NCBI GenBank assembly: GCA_965662845.1
Contig: CBFIJD010000028.1
Span: 1-42,701, forward strand
Reading direction: 5' to 3'
Origin: an uncultured bacterium
GTDB taxonomy: Bacteria > SAR324 > NAC60-12
Length of the DNA: 42,701 nt
Of this stretch, positions 1-8,893 are shown in pieces (position 1 is the stretch's first letter; every line of letters starts with the position of its first letter). Both the position numbers and the translations under genes were made by a program. The notes below the pieces were generated by a model, which was not told where the DNA came from, did no database searches, and saw nothing but the letters and a program-made list of their open reading frames with translations.

Positions 1-2
1 AT

Positions 3-542
3 TGGACGCCCCTAGACGAGAAGGGGGCTAGAGAGCATTTCATATCGCTCTCAGAGTCCGAAGACCAGACCGAGATGGTGTTCTGGTGGGGCGACTGCAC
101 TTGGTACGGTCAACGGACAGAGCACGAACCACAGACAGAGTTCGACTCTGGGCGCGACTACACCGTCCAGTATTTAGCCGACTGCGAGATCTGGATGCTC
201 TTCACGATCACCGAGGACGAGGGACAGGGGCGACCTGAGGTCACTTATGTCATTGAGGTGCTGGGTCACAGGCATAGTTCTCAGCAGCTTCATCTATCGT
301 CAGAGGAGCTAGTCTCGCCGCAAAAGCTCACCGCTGCGTTCCTGAGTGCCTACCAAGACATAAACGCCTCTGAGCAAAATATGAGCGCGTTTCGGCGCTA
401 CCTCCTCAACCGAAGCCCGCAGAACATCTCCCGTTCTGAATATCGGTCGTTAATCGAAGGTAAAAGCGACGAAGAGCTAGAGGAGGCTTTGGATCAACTC
501 GCACGGCGCCGATGGGGGGACGGGCAGTGCTGCTGGTTCTAG
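3..542 (+). CDS. Hypothetical protein, 5'-truncated by the window edge; probably mobile-element cargo
   Basis: The frame of ORF 75..542 has no stop from position 3 onward (TGG ACG CCC...), so the true start is likely upstream of the window. No recognisable motif. Confidence 0.55.
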   Translation, partial: WTPLDEKGAREHFISLSESEDQTEMVFWWGDCTWYGQRTEHEPQTEFDSGRDYTVQYLADCEIWMLFTITEDEGQGRPEVTYVIEVLGHRHSSQQLHLSSEELVSPQKLTAAFLSAYQDINASEQNMSAFRRYLLNRSPQNISRSEYRSLIEGKSDEELEEALDQLARRRWGDGQCCWF

Positions 543-726
543 TGAAGGTCGAGACCTCGGAGCCTCATGACAGCCCAGCACCTGCTCAGGAAAACTAACT
601 AACCAACAAGAGCGGCGCCGAGATGGTGCTGCGTATCTAGCGCGTGCATCTCGCGCCGATGTATGGCACGACTAAAAGCGGCATTTGGCCGCACGACAAC
701 CGACAACCGACAACGACGAGGACATT

Positions 727-1059
727 ATGACCGAGACATTCACCCTTGAGATCGACAACGCCCCCAGCGTCCGATTCACTGGCGAGCTGATCGCCCGTGT
801 CGCTAGTTCTGACAATCAGGCAGGCAGCAGCTATAGCGGGCAAACTGGACGCTGGACGGAATTAGCCCTGTACGAGACCAAAGGCGGGAAGTTTGTCTGC
901 CATCAGATAGGACGAACCCGCTGGCAGGGGGAGAGCGACCGTTTCAGCGGTCGGGTCTGCGAGACGCCGGACGAGATCACTGAGTTTTTTGGTCACCGCT
1001 GGTTAGCTAAAGAGTTGTATGCCAAGGCAGGCATTCGCGACTCAATAGAAGTGGATTAG
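727..1059 (+). CDS. Small hypothetical protein (110 aa) of phage/island type
   Basis: GAGGA RBS before ATG 727; globular-looking sequence (RFTGELIA...WTELALYETKGGKFV); followed by a hairpin at 1092-1119. Confidence 0.7.
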   Translation: MTETFTLEIDNAPSVRFTGELIARVASSDNQAGSSYSGQTGRWTELALYETKGGKFVCHQIGRTRWQGESDRFSGRVCETPDEITEFFGHRWLAKELYAKAGIRDSIEVD

Positions 1060-1148
1060 CTGCGCGAGCGCCTAGCGTTTCATTGACCACCTGAGCGGCG
1101 CCGTCTGGGGTGCCGTTCACCTGCCTTCCTGCCTGTGCTCTGAGATTC

Positions 1149-1265
1149 GTTCAAAAACTGAACAACGAAGCAAGGAAGGTAAACAACGCGCCCACGAGAG
1201 GTGCCCTACACCCGTTGGAATGTTCATTCTTTGAACAACTGGAGTAGGGAAACCGAACAACGCGC
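1149..1265. repeat. Two imperfect ~44-bp direct repeats, each GTTCA-N5-TGAACAAC...AACAACGCGC
   Basis: Unit 1 at 1149-1191 and unit 2 at 1222-1265, offset 73 bp; read directly from the sequence. Confidence 0.7.
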
Positions 1266-1528
1266 GCGCGTAAGTGCTTTGGCGTCTTAGTGAGGCTTTT
1301 GGTTATGACAAGGGAAGCGTCGAAAAAAATCCGGCGACAGATAGTGCAGGGAGGGACAACCGACGAAGGCGAGTGCCAAAAAGCAGTATTTTGGACTTCT
1401 GAGAGGCTTGTTGAAGGAAGAACGAAACAGCGTGATTTTGGAGGATTTTCAGAAATTTTTCTCCACCACCAGTCCCACCATTGAGGATTTGGGAAGTGCT
1501 GTGGAAACCCGCAAACCCGCATGGTTGC

Positions 1529-1605
1529 TGGTGCACCCGATAGGATTCGAACCTATGACCCTCGGAATCGAAATCCGATGCTCTATCCAGCTGAGCTACG
1601 GGTGC
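1529..1605 (-). tRNA. tRNA-Arg (anticodon UCG)
   Basis: Reverse complement GCACCCGTAGCTCAGCTGGATAGAGCATCGGA-TT-TCG-AT-TCCGAGGGTCATAGGTTCGAATCCTATCGGGTGCACCA folds as a cloverleaf with encoded CCA. Confidence 0.96.
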
Positions 1606-1624
1606 GGAGAGAAGATGCGAAGGA

Positions 1625-1701
1625 TGGGGCGAGAGACGGGACTTGAACCCGCGACCACTGGAATCACAATCCAGCGCTCTACCAGCTGAGCTACTCCCGC
1701 C
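1625..1701 (-). tRNA. tRNA-His (anticodon GUG) with G-1
   Basis: Reverse complement GGCGGGAGTAGCTCAGCTGGTAGAGCGCTGGA-TT-GTG-AT-TCCAGTGGTCGCGGGTTCAAGTCCCGTCTCTCGCCCCA; the extra 5' G and C73 discriminator are typical of bacterial tRNA-His. Confidence 0.97.
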
Positions 1702-1730
1702 ATCAGAGGAAGCTTTTGAATAAACCGCAA

Positions 1731-1759
1731 AGAATGGCGAAGTCCGGAAGAGATGTCAA
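1731..1759 (-). promoter_or_regulatory. Sigma70-type promoter for the tRNA-His/tRNA-Arg pair
   Basis: Minus strand reads TTGACA (1759-1754), a 17-nt spacer, then CATTCT (1736-1731), about 30 nt upstream of tRNA-His. Confidence 0.6.
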
Positions 1760-1905
1760 CTTTTTTCTAGGATAGCACCCTACGGCGCGGGGGGATCACA
1801 GCGAGCTATTGCCGCAGCGTCGGGAGTCAAGTAGCGTAACAGGTTGACTTGTCTGTGGAGAAGACGTCTTTCCCACACAATTTCCTCCCTCTTTTCAGAG
1901 CCTGC

Positions 1906-2604
1906 ATGTCTTCCGCATTTATCGCCCTCCGTCAGCTCAACAAAACATATCCTGAAGGTAGCGAGCAGCGCCACGTATTACAAAACGTAGAGTTGAGCGT
2001 GCAACAAGGCGAGATTGTCGTCTTGCTCGGACGCAGCGGCTCTGGGAAGTCAACGATGCTCAATTTGCTGGCAGGCATTGACTTACCCTCTTCGGGCGAA
2101 ATTGAGATTGCTGGCACTCGCCTCAACCAATTGTCCGAACAAAAACGGACTCTGTTTCGTCGTCGTCACATTGGCTTCGTGTTTCAGTCCTTCAATTTGA
2201 TCCCGACCCTCACCGTCGCGGAAAATCTGCTGTTGCCGATGGAACTCAACCACATCCCGTCCGCCGAGGCGCTGGCCAAAGTGCAACAGCTACTGAACAA
2301 CTTGGGCTTGGGAGACCGCCTACAGAGCTTCCCTGACCGCCTCTCAGGAGGTGAACAACAACGTGTCGCGATTGCCCGGGCGCTCGTGCATGATCCGGTC
2401 TTGGTCTTGGCCGATGAACCCACGGGGAACCTAGATCGTCATACGGGCGAAACCGCGCTAGCCGTGTTTCGTGAGTTGATCCGACAAGCTGGAAAAACAA
2501 TGATTGTCGCGACCCACAGTCATGATGTTCTGGAAATCGCTGACCGAGTCATCACGCTCGAAGAAGGACAACTCAGCGAACAAACTCCCCCAACAAAAAA
2601 CTAG
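1906..2604 (+). CDS. ABC transporter ATP-binding protein, LolD/MacB-like
   Basis: Walker A GRSGSGKS, GFVFQSFNL Q-loop, LSGGEQQRVAIARAL signature, LADEPTGNLD Walker B, H-loop ATH. ATG 1906 is preferred over TTG 1849. Confidence 0.92.
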   Translation: MSSAFIALRQLNKTYPEGSEQRHVLQNVELSVQQGEIVVLLGRSGSGKSTMLNLLAGIDLPSSGEIEIAGTRLNQLSEQKRTLFRRRHIGFVFQSFNLIPTLTVAENLLLPMELNHIPSAEALAKVQQLLNNLGLGDRLQSFPDRLSGGEQQRVAIARALVHDPVLVLADEPTGNLDRHTGETALAVFRELIRQAGKTMIVATHSHDVLEIADRVITLEEGQLSEQTPPTKN

Positions 2605-3115
2605 ATCGTTACTTGTACTTTCTGGGAATTCTGCGCATTGTGACGGATTTGTGTCTCTGAGTGACCGCTAGCGAGAGTTCTCCGGCACTAGGTTTGCTTG
2701 TTTGATCCACATTCGCTCCTAAAGTCACCAGCAGTTTATGCTCCACATCAAATCTGCGCACGATCGCCTCGGCGGCCCCACATGCGTCTCCATTGCCACT
2801 TCATCCTACCCAAGCACAAGCAGATGAATTCCAGTGCAGAAGAAATTCGCGTTGGAGCCGACCTATGGCAGGCAGATTGTTTTTGTGAGAGATCCTGATG
2901 GAAAAGCTGAGATTCAGGACAGCGTGTGGTGCACAGCAAGCGCAAAGCTGAACAAACCTCGATGCAATACGATTTAGAGCTTCTCCCAACGTAACGAAGC
3001 TCACTCTCTTGGATGGACCGCTCGCGCTCACTGGCCTCAGAAGGACGAAGATGGTTGAGAGCGGTTCCTTCCCCGAATCGCTACTGACTTTCCATTCTCT
3101 ACGTGCAGCAAATTT

Positions 3116-5374
3116 ATGGACACCGCGACTCAAACCACGACCCCGCCCCCCGATAGTTCGTCGTCGAAACTCAGCTTCTATATCTTCCGAGGGCTCGCCT
3201 TCGCCGACAGAAACCGCTCCATCGCCTCTCTCATCTTCATTGTGATCTTGATCTCGGCGTTGGATATGATTTTTAACGCCTATCTCTTTGAGCCCTACAA
3301 AGCGCTGATTGCTGCGTTCGCAGGGCAAGATCCGGCGGGGTTCGCTGCGGTAGACATGGGCTTCTCTGCTGAGGTTTGGCAAGCGTTGCTGGGGATGGTC
3401 CTTGGGACTCTGATTCTCGTCATCTCCATTGCCTCACAGAGCATTCCAAAGTTGATCGACCTTTACATGAAAGACTTACCTAGTCTTCTCTATGTTTGGT
3501 TTTTAATTGTGAGTGGAGCCCACGGGATTCTGATCAATCTCTATGCCGACGTTGATTTAGTCCGCCCCTCAAGCCGCGTTTACAACACTCACATTCTGCT
3601 GATTGCCGCCGCAGCGTTTGCGTTTCCTTACATTTTCTACATTCTGCGCTACACCAAGCCCAGCAACATTATCAATCGCATCTACACAACCAACGAAGAG
3701 CTTATCCACAGCCTCACAACGCCGCGCAGTCAAGAGCTGATCAGCGTCCCCGCGATCCATCAGCAATACCAAGTTGAACTCTTTGAAGCTCTGAATCAGT
3801 TGGACGATATTCTGGCGTATGTCTCTTTCAAGGAGCTGAAAGCGGACATCATTCATGACATGAGCCGCACCATCAAAGAATATGTACGCACCAAGCCAGG
3901 CATTCAGAACGATGAGTTTTTCAAGGTTTGCGAAAAGGTGCGCTCTGACATCTCATTCAAGACGATGGTGGGACAGTATGGAGCGATGGAGCAATCTAAG
4001 ACGTTCTACGAGCAGAAATCCTTCCGCTTATTAGGAAACGTCTACATCAACTTGCTCGAAGACGGTGCATTTGACCTCTCTTCTCTTGTGGCCGCTGAAC
4101 TGTCGAGCATCGGCCTCACCGCGATTGAGATGAAAGACGAGGCGCTCATTGACACGATTGTGATTCGCTTCAACACGTTACTGCGCTTCGCCATTAAGCA
4201 CGCGATCAAAAATAATGAAGCGCGCAACCTCTACAACCTTGCCTTTCACTACGGCAACTTTGTGAACCACATCGCAGACCACGGGCGGATCAAGCACCTT
4301 AAGCAGTGCTTCATGTATCTGCGGATTTACGGGGTGGAAATCTTTAAGCACGGCAAGAACAGCCCTGCGCTGTACTTCATTGTCGACGTCATCGCCTGTG
4401 AGATGAAAAAGCTGCTTGAGAAGCTGCACCGCGAACAATGGGATTCGGAGCTACAGGGCAGCTTGCTCAAGGAGATTTTGCAGGTGGATAACCCTCCCGA
4501 CTTCAACAAAGAAGACTTGGATCAGGGCGTGCTGATCAACAATGGCGTGCGGATTCTGCAGATTGGGCTCGCGCTTTACTATCGCAGCCAAGGCGTCGAT
4601 GACTTTGTGAACCGCATCACAAATGACGTAATGGACGACCTGCAGGTGTTGGGCGAAATCAATTTTGGCAAGGTCATCGAAATCACCAGCGGTCGCCTGA
4701 AGTTTGCGGGCCCCACTTTCTGGGAAGACACTGACCGCGGGAACTTGAACATCTACTACACCCCAAACCAAGATTTGGTCGACGAATACAAAGCACAGCT
4801 CTACGCCAGAGTGCGCGAGATGCTGGTCGCAGAAGCCAAAGCGAATTTTGCACTAGACGATGATGAAGTGAACCTGCTGTGGGATATGTCTCGCCTGTTA
4901 GATGTAAAGGAGTTTAAGGCGCTCACGGTCAACCCTGAACAGTTTGAGATCGCCTTGCATCGTCTCGACAAGCTCGACCAGCACAAACTAGATCTGCTGG
5001 TGCGGCTGCGTGAAAAACTGGAGTTCACCTCAGAGAACCCGAAGATCACGCTCAGCAGCACGCGGCAGATCGCAGTCGGCTCACGCCTCAGCGCTTTCTA
5101 TCGTGCGCACACAGGGCAAAACGCGGAGACGCTTGAGTTTGAAGCCTTTGTGCGTTTCAACTCGCCGAACTTTGTGTACATTGAACCGAGCGACCTCCAG
5201 AAGTTGCCCGCGCTAGAGACCGAGCACCCCACCATGGTCACATTCCGCTTGATCACCAGCCGTCACAAGCGGGTCTACCAATTCTCATCTCAGTTTGATG
5301 CTAAGCAGCCAACAGAGCGCAAACTGTTCCGCATCTTGCACACGGAACGCATCAAAATCATCGCAGAAGGCTGA
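3116..5374 (+). CDS. Large membrane protein with a DUF2254-like N-terminal TM region, a helical body and a C-terminal beta-rich domain
   Basis: 752-aa ORF with about four hydrophobic segments in the first 180 aa (LGTLILVISIASQ..PKLIDLY; FAFPYIFYIL). Family call is by pattern only. Confidence 0.7.
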   Translation: MDTATQTTTPPPDSSSSKLSFYIFRGLAFADRNRSIASLIFIVILISALDMIFNAYLFEPYKALIAAFAGQDPAGFAAVDMGFSAEVWQALLGMVLGTLILVISIASQSIPKLIDLYMKDLPSLLYVWFLIVSGAHGILINLYADVDLVRPSSRVYNTHILLIAAAAFAFPYIFYILRYTKPSNIINRIYTTNEELIHSLTTPRSQELISVPAIHQQYQVELFEALNQLDDILAYVSFKELKADIIHDMSRTIKEYVRTKPGIQNDEFFKVCEKVRSDISFKTMVGQYGAMEQSKTFYEQKSFRLLGNVYINLLEDGAFDLSSLVAAELSSIGLTAIEMKDEALIDTIVIRFNTLLRFAIKHAIKNNEARNLYNLAFHYGNFVNHIADHGRIKHLKQCFMYLRIYGVEIFKHGKNSPALYFIVDVIACEMKKLLEKLHREQWDSELQGSLLKEILQVDNPPDFNKEDLDQGVLINNGVRILQIGLALYYRSQGVDDFVNRITNDVMDDLQVLGEINFGKVIEITSGRLKFAGPTFWEDTDRGNLNIYYTPNQDLVDEYKAQLYARVREMLVAEAKANFALDDDEVNLLWDMSRLLDVKEFKALTVNPEQFEIALHRLDKLDQHKLDLLVRLREKLEFTSENPKITLSSTRQIAVGSRLSAFYRAHTGQNAETLEFEAFVRFNSPNFVYIEPSDLQKLPALETEHPTMVTFRLITSRHKRVYQFSSQFDAKQPTERKLFRILHTERIKIIAEG

Positions 5375-5397
5375 TCTTCTTTCGCTTGAGAAAACCT

Positions 5398-5697
5398 ATG
5401 ACTGAACTCACTGCTGCCGACGAACGAGCCCAATATCAAATCACCATCAATGGACACAAGTTCTCGATCTCCAGCTCTTACGGAGAGGCACACATCCGCA
5501 ATGTGGAGACATATCTGGAGCAGCAAATCCAAGCGGTACAACAGAACTCTGCGTCCATGTCCCCCTCCAATCTCTACCTGCTCGTCGCTCTGAACCTCGC
5601 CGATCAGTTGCTGCGCGTACAAAAGGAGCAGGCGACGCCTCCCGCTTTCGAACAGAATCTGCGCAACCTTTGTGAACAACTAGAGCAGGTTCTCTAA
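5398..5697 (+). CDS. zapA: Cell division protein ZapA
   Basis: ITINGHKFSI...E.HIR.V..YL...LLVALNLADQL pattern, about 100 aa, immediately upstream of 6S RNA (a known synteny). Confidence 0.88.
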   Translation: MTELTAADERAQYQITINGHKFSISSSYGEAHIRNVETYLEQQIQAVQQNSASMSPSNLYLLVALNLADQLLRVQKEQATPPAFEQNLRNLCEQLEQVL

Positions 5698-5716
5698 CCA
5701 AATCCTTACGAAAGGC

Positions 5717-5745
5717 TTGTCCTCACAGCCCAAATCATGTAACTT
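5717..5745 (+). promoter_or_regulatory. Putative sigma70 promoter for 6S RNA
   Basis: TTGTCC (5717-5722), 17-nt spacer, TAACTT (5740-5745). Confidence 0.4.
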
Positions 5746-5803
5746 TCAGATCACATTTGAGAGGGCACGAAGACCCGTTCTCTTGCGTCCTCCACAAAGA
5801 AAA

Positions 5804-5980
5804 AGTCCTGCGATTCACGTGCTGACTAACTTTTGTTGCCTTTTCATAACCAGCGGGAGATTGTCCCTGAAGATGGTGTGCACGCCCACATGAGGGAAGC
5901 CTAAAGTCTTCACACGCTTCTCCACTTTTAGGGCCAAGGCATCGAAAGCCCTTTTTTTTTCACACGGTCTATGCGGGACT
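5804..5980 (+). ncRNA. ssrS: 6S RNA
   Basis: About 177 nt directly after zapA. Ends pair (AGTCCTGCG...CGTG with CACG...TGCGGGACT); CTTTTGTTGCCTT pairs with AAGGCATCGAAAG; GGGAGA pairs with TTCTCC around a central bubble; GTGTGCACGCCC...GGGAAGCCTAAAG apical motif. Confidence 0.85.
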
Positions 5981-6012
5981 CCTTCACCGCGCCCACCTCC
6001 TCTCTCCCCAGC

Positions 6013-6915
6013 ATGGAAGCATACCTGCGAGAATTCTCTGACTGGCTCCACACTCGCAACTACGCCGCAACCACCCGCAAAAATCATTACGATGATGTCT
6101 CGCAGTTTCTGCATTGGTTGGCCGCGAATCAAGCCTCTCCAGACCTAAAACTGGTCAAACGCAAGACGCTCGAAACCTACCGAGACCAGCTGCTGGACAT
6201 CCTGCAGCCGCGCAGTGTCTGTCGTCATCTCTCCTCTCTCAAAATTTTCTTTCGCTGCGCTGAGACATTGAACTGGGTGCCTGTCAATCACATGCACCGC
6301 GTTACATTTCCGCAGATTCCAGCCCGTCCGCCAGAGCTGCTCTCCACAGAAGAGATCGTCACGCTCTTAGAGACTCCCTCTCCGACACACTATCTAGGGC
6401 TACGCGACCGAGCCATGCTCGAGCTGATGTTCTCCAGTGGCCTGAAAGTGAACGAACTGTTGACGCTCAACGTGGAAGACCTGTATTTGGACTTGGCGTT
6501 TTTGAAGGTGCGAGGCAAGCGAGAGCGGATGGTTCCTGTGACCCAAAAGGCGGTTGAAGCCCTGCGAGACTATCTCGCCGAGGCCCGCCCTAGCCGCTTG
6601 AGAGTCGAAGACGACCCATGCCTCTTCCCAAACCGAGACGGAGCGCGCATGACCCGCATTGGGTTTTGGTTCATGGTGAAAAAACACGCGAAGACCGCCG
6701 GAATTCAGAACAACATCAACGCGCGAATTTTGCGCCACTCCTTCGCTGCGCATCTCTTGGAGAACGGGCTCGGGCTGCTGGAGCTGTATCAAATCTTAGG
6801 CTACGCCAGCCTTGATTCCACGCTGCAATACGCCCACATCAACCGCCCAGATTATGCGGAGGAGTTCCGCCGCTATCATCCCAGCCGCGACCTCAAGCCC
6901 CCTGAGACCGCATGA
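6013..6915 (+). CDS. xerD: XerC/XerD-family tyrosine recombinase with non-canonical catalytic motifs
   Basis: LRDRAMLEL, ERMVP, CLFPNRDG.RMTR.GFW, LRHSFA.HLLENG and terminal Tyr (STLQY). Start moved to ATG 6013 because ATG 5971 lies inside the 6S RNA stem. Confidence 0.8.
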   Translation: MEAYLREFSDWLHTRNYAATTRKNHYDDVSQFLHWLAANQASPDLKLVKRKTLETYRDQLLDILQPRSVCRHLSSLKIFFRCAETLNWVPVNHMHRVTFPQIPARPPELLSTEEIVTLLETPSPTHYLGLRDRAMLELMFSSGLKVNELLTLNVEDLYLDLAFLKVRGKRERMVPVTQKAVEALRDYLAEARPSRLRVEDDPCLFPNRDGARMTRIGFWFMVKKHAKTAGIQNNINARILRHSFAAHLLENGLGLLELYQILGYASLDSTLQYAHINRPDYAEEFRRYHPSRDLKPPETA

Positions 6916-8135
6916 CCCGCGAGCCAATCTTTGTCACTGGGATGGGAGTCGTCTCTCCCCTAGGGAAGGACATCTCTACATTCTGGCAGAATCTTCGAGA
7001 TGGCGTCTCCGGAGTGCGTCCGATTGACACCTTCGCTCTAGGAGCCGCACGCTGCCGCGTGGCTGGGCTGCTGGAGGGCTATGTCGCAGAAGAGCACTTT
7101 TCTCGTGGCGATTTGCGCGCGATGGAACCCTTCGCACAATACGGCGTCTTGGCCGCTCGGCAAGCGTGGTCACAGGCCCAAGGAGAACGCTTTGACCCTG
7201 CTCGCGTGGCGGTGATTACCGGAACCGGCATCGGTGGTATCGTCTCTTACAAACATGCCTACGATGCGCTCTACGCCGCCGAGACCGAAACAAAGATCAA
7301 CGCCTTCACGATTCCACGCATGATGAACAACGCCCTCTCTGGGCACATCGCCTTACAGCTCGGCGTGAAAGGAAGGAACCTCGTCCTCAACTCCGCCTGT
7401 TCTTCCGGAGCGAATGCCATCGGGCTGGCCACAGAGTGGCTCCGCGAAGGCCTCTACGACGCCGTGATCTGTGGTGGGGCCGAAGCGCCAGTGACGTATG
7501 AATTGTTGCGAACCTGGGAAGCCATGGGCGTCTTGTCGCGCAGCGAAGAGGCACCCGAGCGCGTGTGCAAACCCTTCGATGAGCGCCGCGATGGCTTCGT
7601 GCTCAGTGAAGGCGCCGCGATGTTGGTGTTGGAGCGACAGGGGGCCCGCCCGTCTCCTCCAGCACCCCTCGCCGAAGTCGTCGGGTTTGGCGCCAACTGT
7701 GACGCGACCAGCTTGACCTCCCCTGATGTGGAGGGCGTACAACAAGCCATGCAGCTGGCGCTGATCGATGCTCAACTGACTCCCGCTCAAGTGGACTGCA
7801 TCAACCTGCACGGCACCGGAACCAAGCGCAACGACCTCGTGGAGAGCGAGGCCATCGCCGCCCTCTTTGGCACCGACACCCCCTCAGCGGTAGCCAACAA
7901 GTCCAACACAGGGCATACGATGGGCGCGGCCTCCGCGTTGGAAGCTGTGGCTTCGGTGCTGAGCTTGCAGCACCAGCTCGTGCCGCCGACCTTGAACTGG
8001 GATCACCCCGATCCGGCCTGTCACATCACATCGCTAGCCACCACGGCCCGCACTCAATCGCTGCGCTACGTGTTGTCTAACTCTTTCGCCTTTGGTGGCA
8101 GTAACGCTTGCTTGGTGTTCGGCGCATGTCTGTAG
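6912..8135 (+). CDS. fabF: Beta-ketoacyl-ACP synthase II family protein
   Basis: VTGMGVVSPLG N-terminus; Cys-His-His triad (SACSSG, NLHGTGT, KSNTGH); PFD..RDGFV.SEG; SNSFAFGG.N. Confidence 0.9.
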   Translation: MTREPIFVTGMGVVSPLGKDISTFWQNLRDGVSGVRPIDTFALGAARCRVAGLLEGYVAEEHFSRGDLRAMEPFAQYGVLAARQAWSQAQGERFDPARVAVITGTGIGGIVSYKHAYDALYAAETETKINAFTIPRMMNNALSGHIALQLGVKGRNLVLNSACSSGANAIGLATEWLREGLYDAVICGGAEAPVTYELLRTWEAMGVLSRSEEAPERVCKPFDERRDGFVLSEGAAMLVLERQGARPSPPAPLAEVVGFGANCDATSLTSPDVEGVQQAMQLALIDAQLTPAQVDCINLHGTGTKRNDLVESEAIAALFGTDTPSAVANKSNTGHTMGAASALEAVASVLSLQHQLVPPTLNWDHPDPACHITSLATTARTQSLRYVLSNSFAFGGSNACLVFGACL

Positions 8136-8413
8136 ATCGTGAACAACTTCAAAACGCGTGTCTGGCAACGATTGCCGAGGAACTCGATGTTCCTCTCGAC
8201 ACAGTCACTTTGACCGCGCACCTGCGAGATGACCTAGACGTGACGTCGCTGGACGCGATGAACATCATCATGTCGCTCGAAGACCAATTTCAAACCGAAG
8301 CAGACATTGAGACGGTGCTCGAGCTCCAAACCGTCACCGAGCTGATTGACTACCTCGAAGCACACCTCAACGCCCCCATTCCCCCCCCATCCTCTCCAAC
8401 AACCTCCTCATAA
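8126..8413 (+). CDS. Acyl carrier protein
   Basis: Small acidic protein with L.DDLDVTSLD (phosphopantetheine Ser) and LED.F...TV.ELIDY; overlaps the fabF stop. Confidence 0.85.
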   Translation: MSVDREQLQNACLATIAEELDVPLDTVTLTAHLRDDLDVTSLDAMNIIMSLEDQFQTEADIETVLELQTVTELIDYLEAHLNAPIPPPSSPTTSS

Positions 8414-8422
8414 AAGTACCCA

Positions 8423-8893
8423 ATGTTTGGTTCTGGAAAAGCCAAGAAACCCGCCGCAGAGTCGCTAGCTCTCCCTCACAGCGCCGCTCCGACTTACATT
8501 GCCCAAGGCGTCCGGATTGACGGCGCCATACGAGGAGCGAAAGCGATGTGGGTGGATGGGGAAATCGTAGGGAGTGTGCAGTGTGACGAAACACTCACCA
8601 TCGGCCAGACCGCAAGGGTCACCGCTTCGGTTCACGCGCGGAAAGTGGTCGTCAACGGAGTCGTCGAGGGGGATTTGTATGGAGCAGAGCGAGTGGAAAT
8701 CTTGCCCGAAGGCCGCATTTTCGGGAATGTCACCAACCCTCCCGGCTGTCTGAAAGTGCATGAAGGCGCGGTGGTGCAGGGACAATGCTTCACACAGGCC
8801 GAACCCTTGCAAATCGAGAGCTTCGTCAACGAATCTCCTGAAATGCTTCGGGAAACAGAACCGTCCACCTCTCAGCACATGGAGTCCTCATGA
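8423..8893 (+). CDS. Bactofilin (polymer-forming cytoskeletal protein)
   Basis: TYIAQGVRIDGAI...VDGEIVGSV...LTIG..A.V.A.V.A..VVVNGVVEG beta-helix repeats. Confidence 0.9.
   Translation: MFGSGKAKKPAAESLALPHSAAPTYIAQGVRIDGAIRGAKAMWVDGEIVGSVQCDETLTIGQTARVTASVHARKVVVNGVVEGDLYGAERVEILPEGRIFGNVTNPPGCLKVHEGAVVQGQCFTQAEPLQIESFVNESPEMLRETEPSTSQHMESS

Larger units (their letters stand above)
1..1528. mobile_element. Terminal part of an integrative element (prophage, satellite or island) inserted at the 3' end of tRNA-Arg
   Basis: Only hypothetical genes and repeats lie downstream of the tRNA CCA end. CCACCA direct repeats (about 1463-1480) and AAACCCGC x2 (1505-1520) abut the tRNA and resemble integrase arm sites. 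No integrase is visible in the window. Confidence 0.55.

Noticed and set aside
593..670. Integron attC site (TAAC followed by a hairpin)
   Set aside because: There is no matching GTTRRRY core at the right end and no integron integrase or cassette array.
1408..1689. 93-aa ORF on the plus strand
   Set aside because: It overlaps the two tRNA genes on the opposite strand.
5930..5960. Hairpin plus T-run resembling an intrinsic terminator
   Set aside because: It lies inside the predicted 6S RNA, where this segment pairs with the 5' strand (about 5830-5842).
5971..6012. Longer N-terminus of the Xer-like ORF
   Set aside because: ATG 5971 is within the 6S RNA closing stem; similarity to Xer proteins begins at Met 6013.
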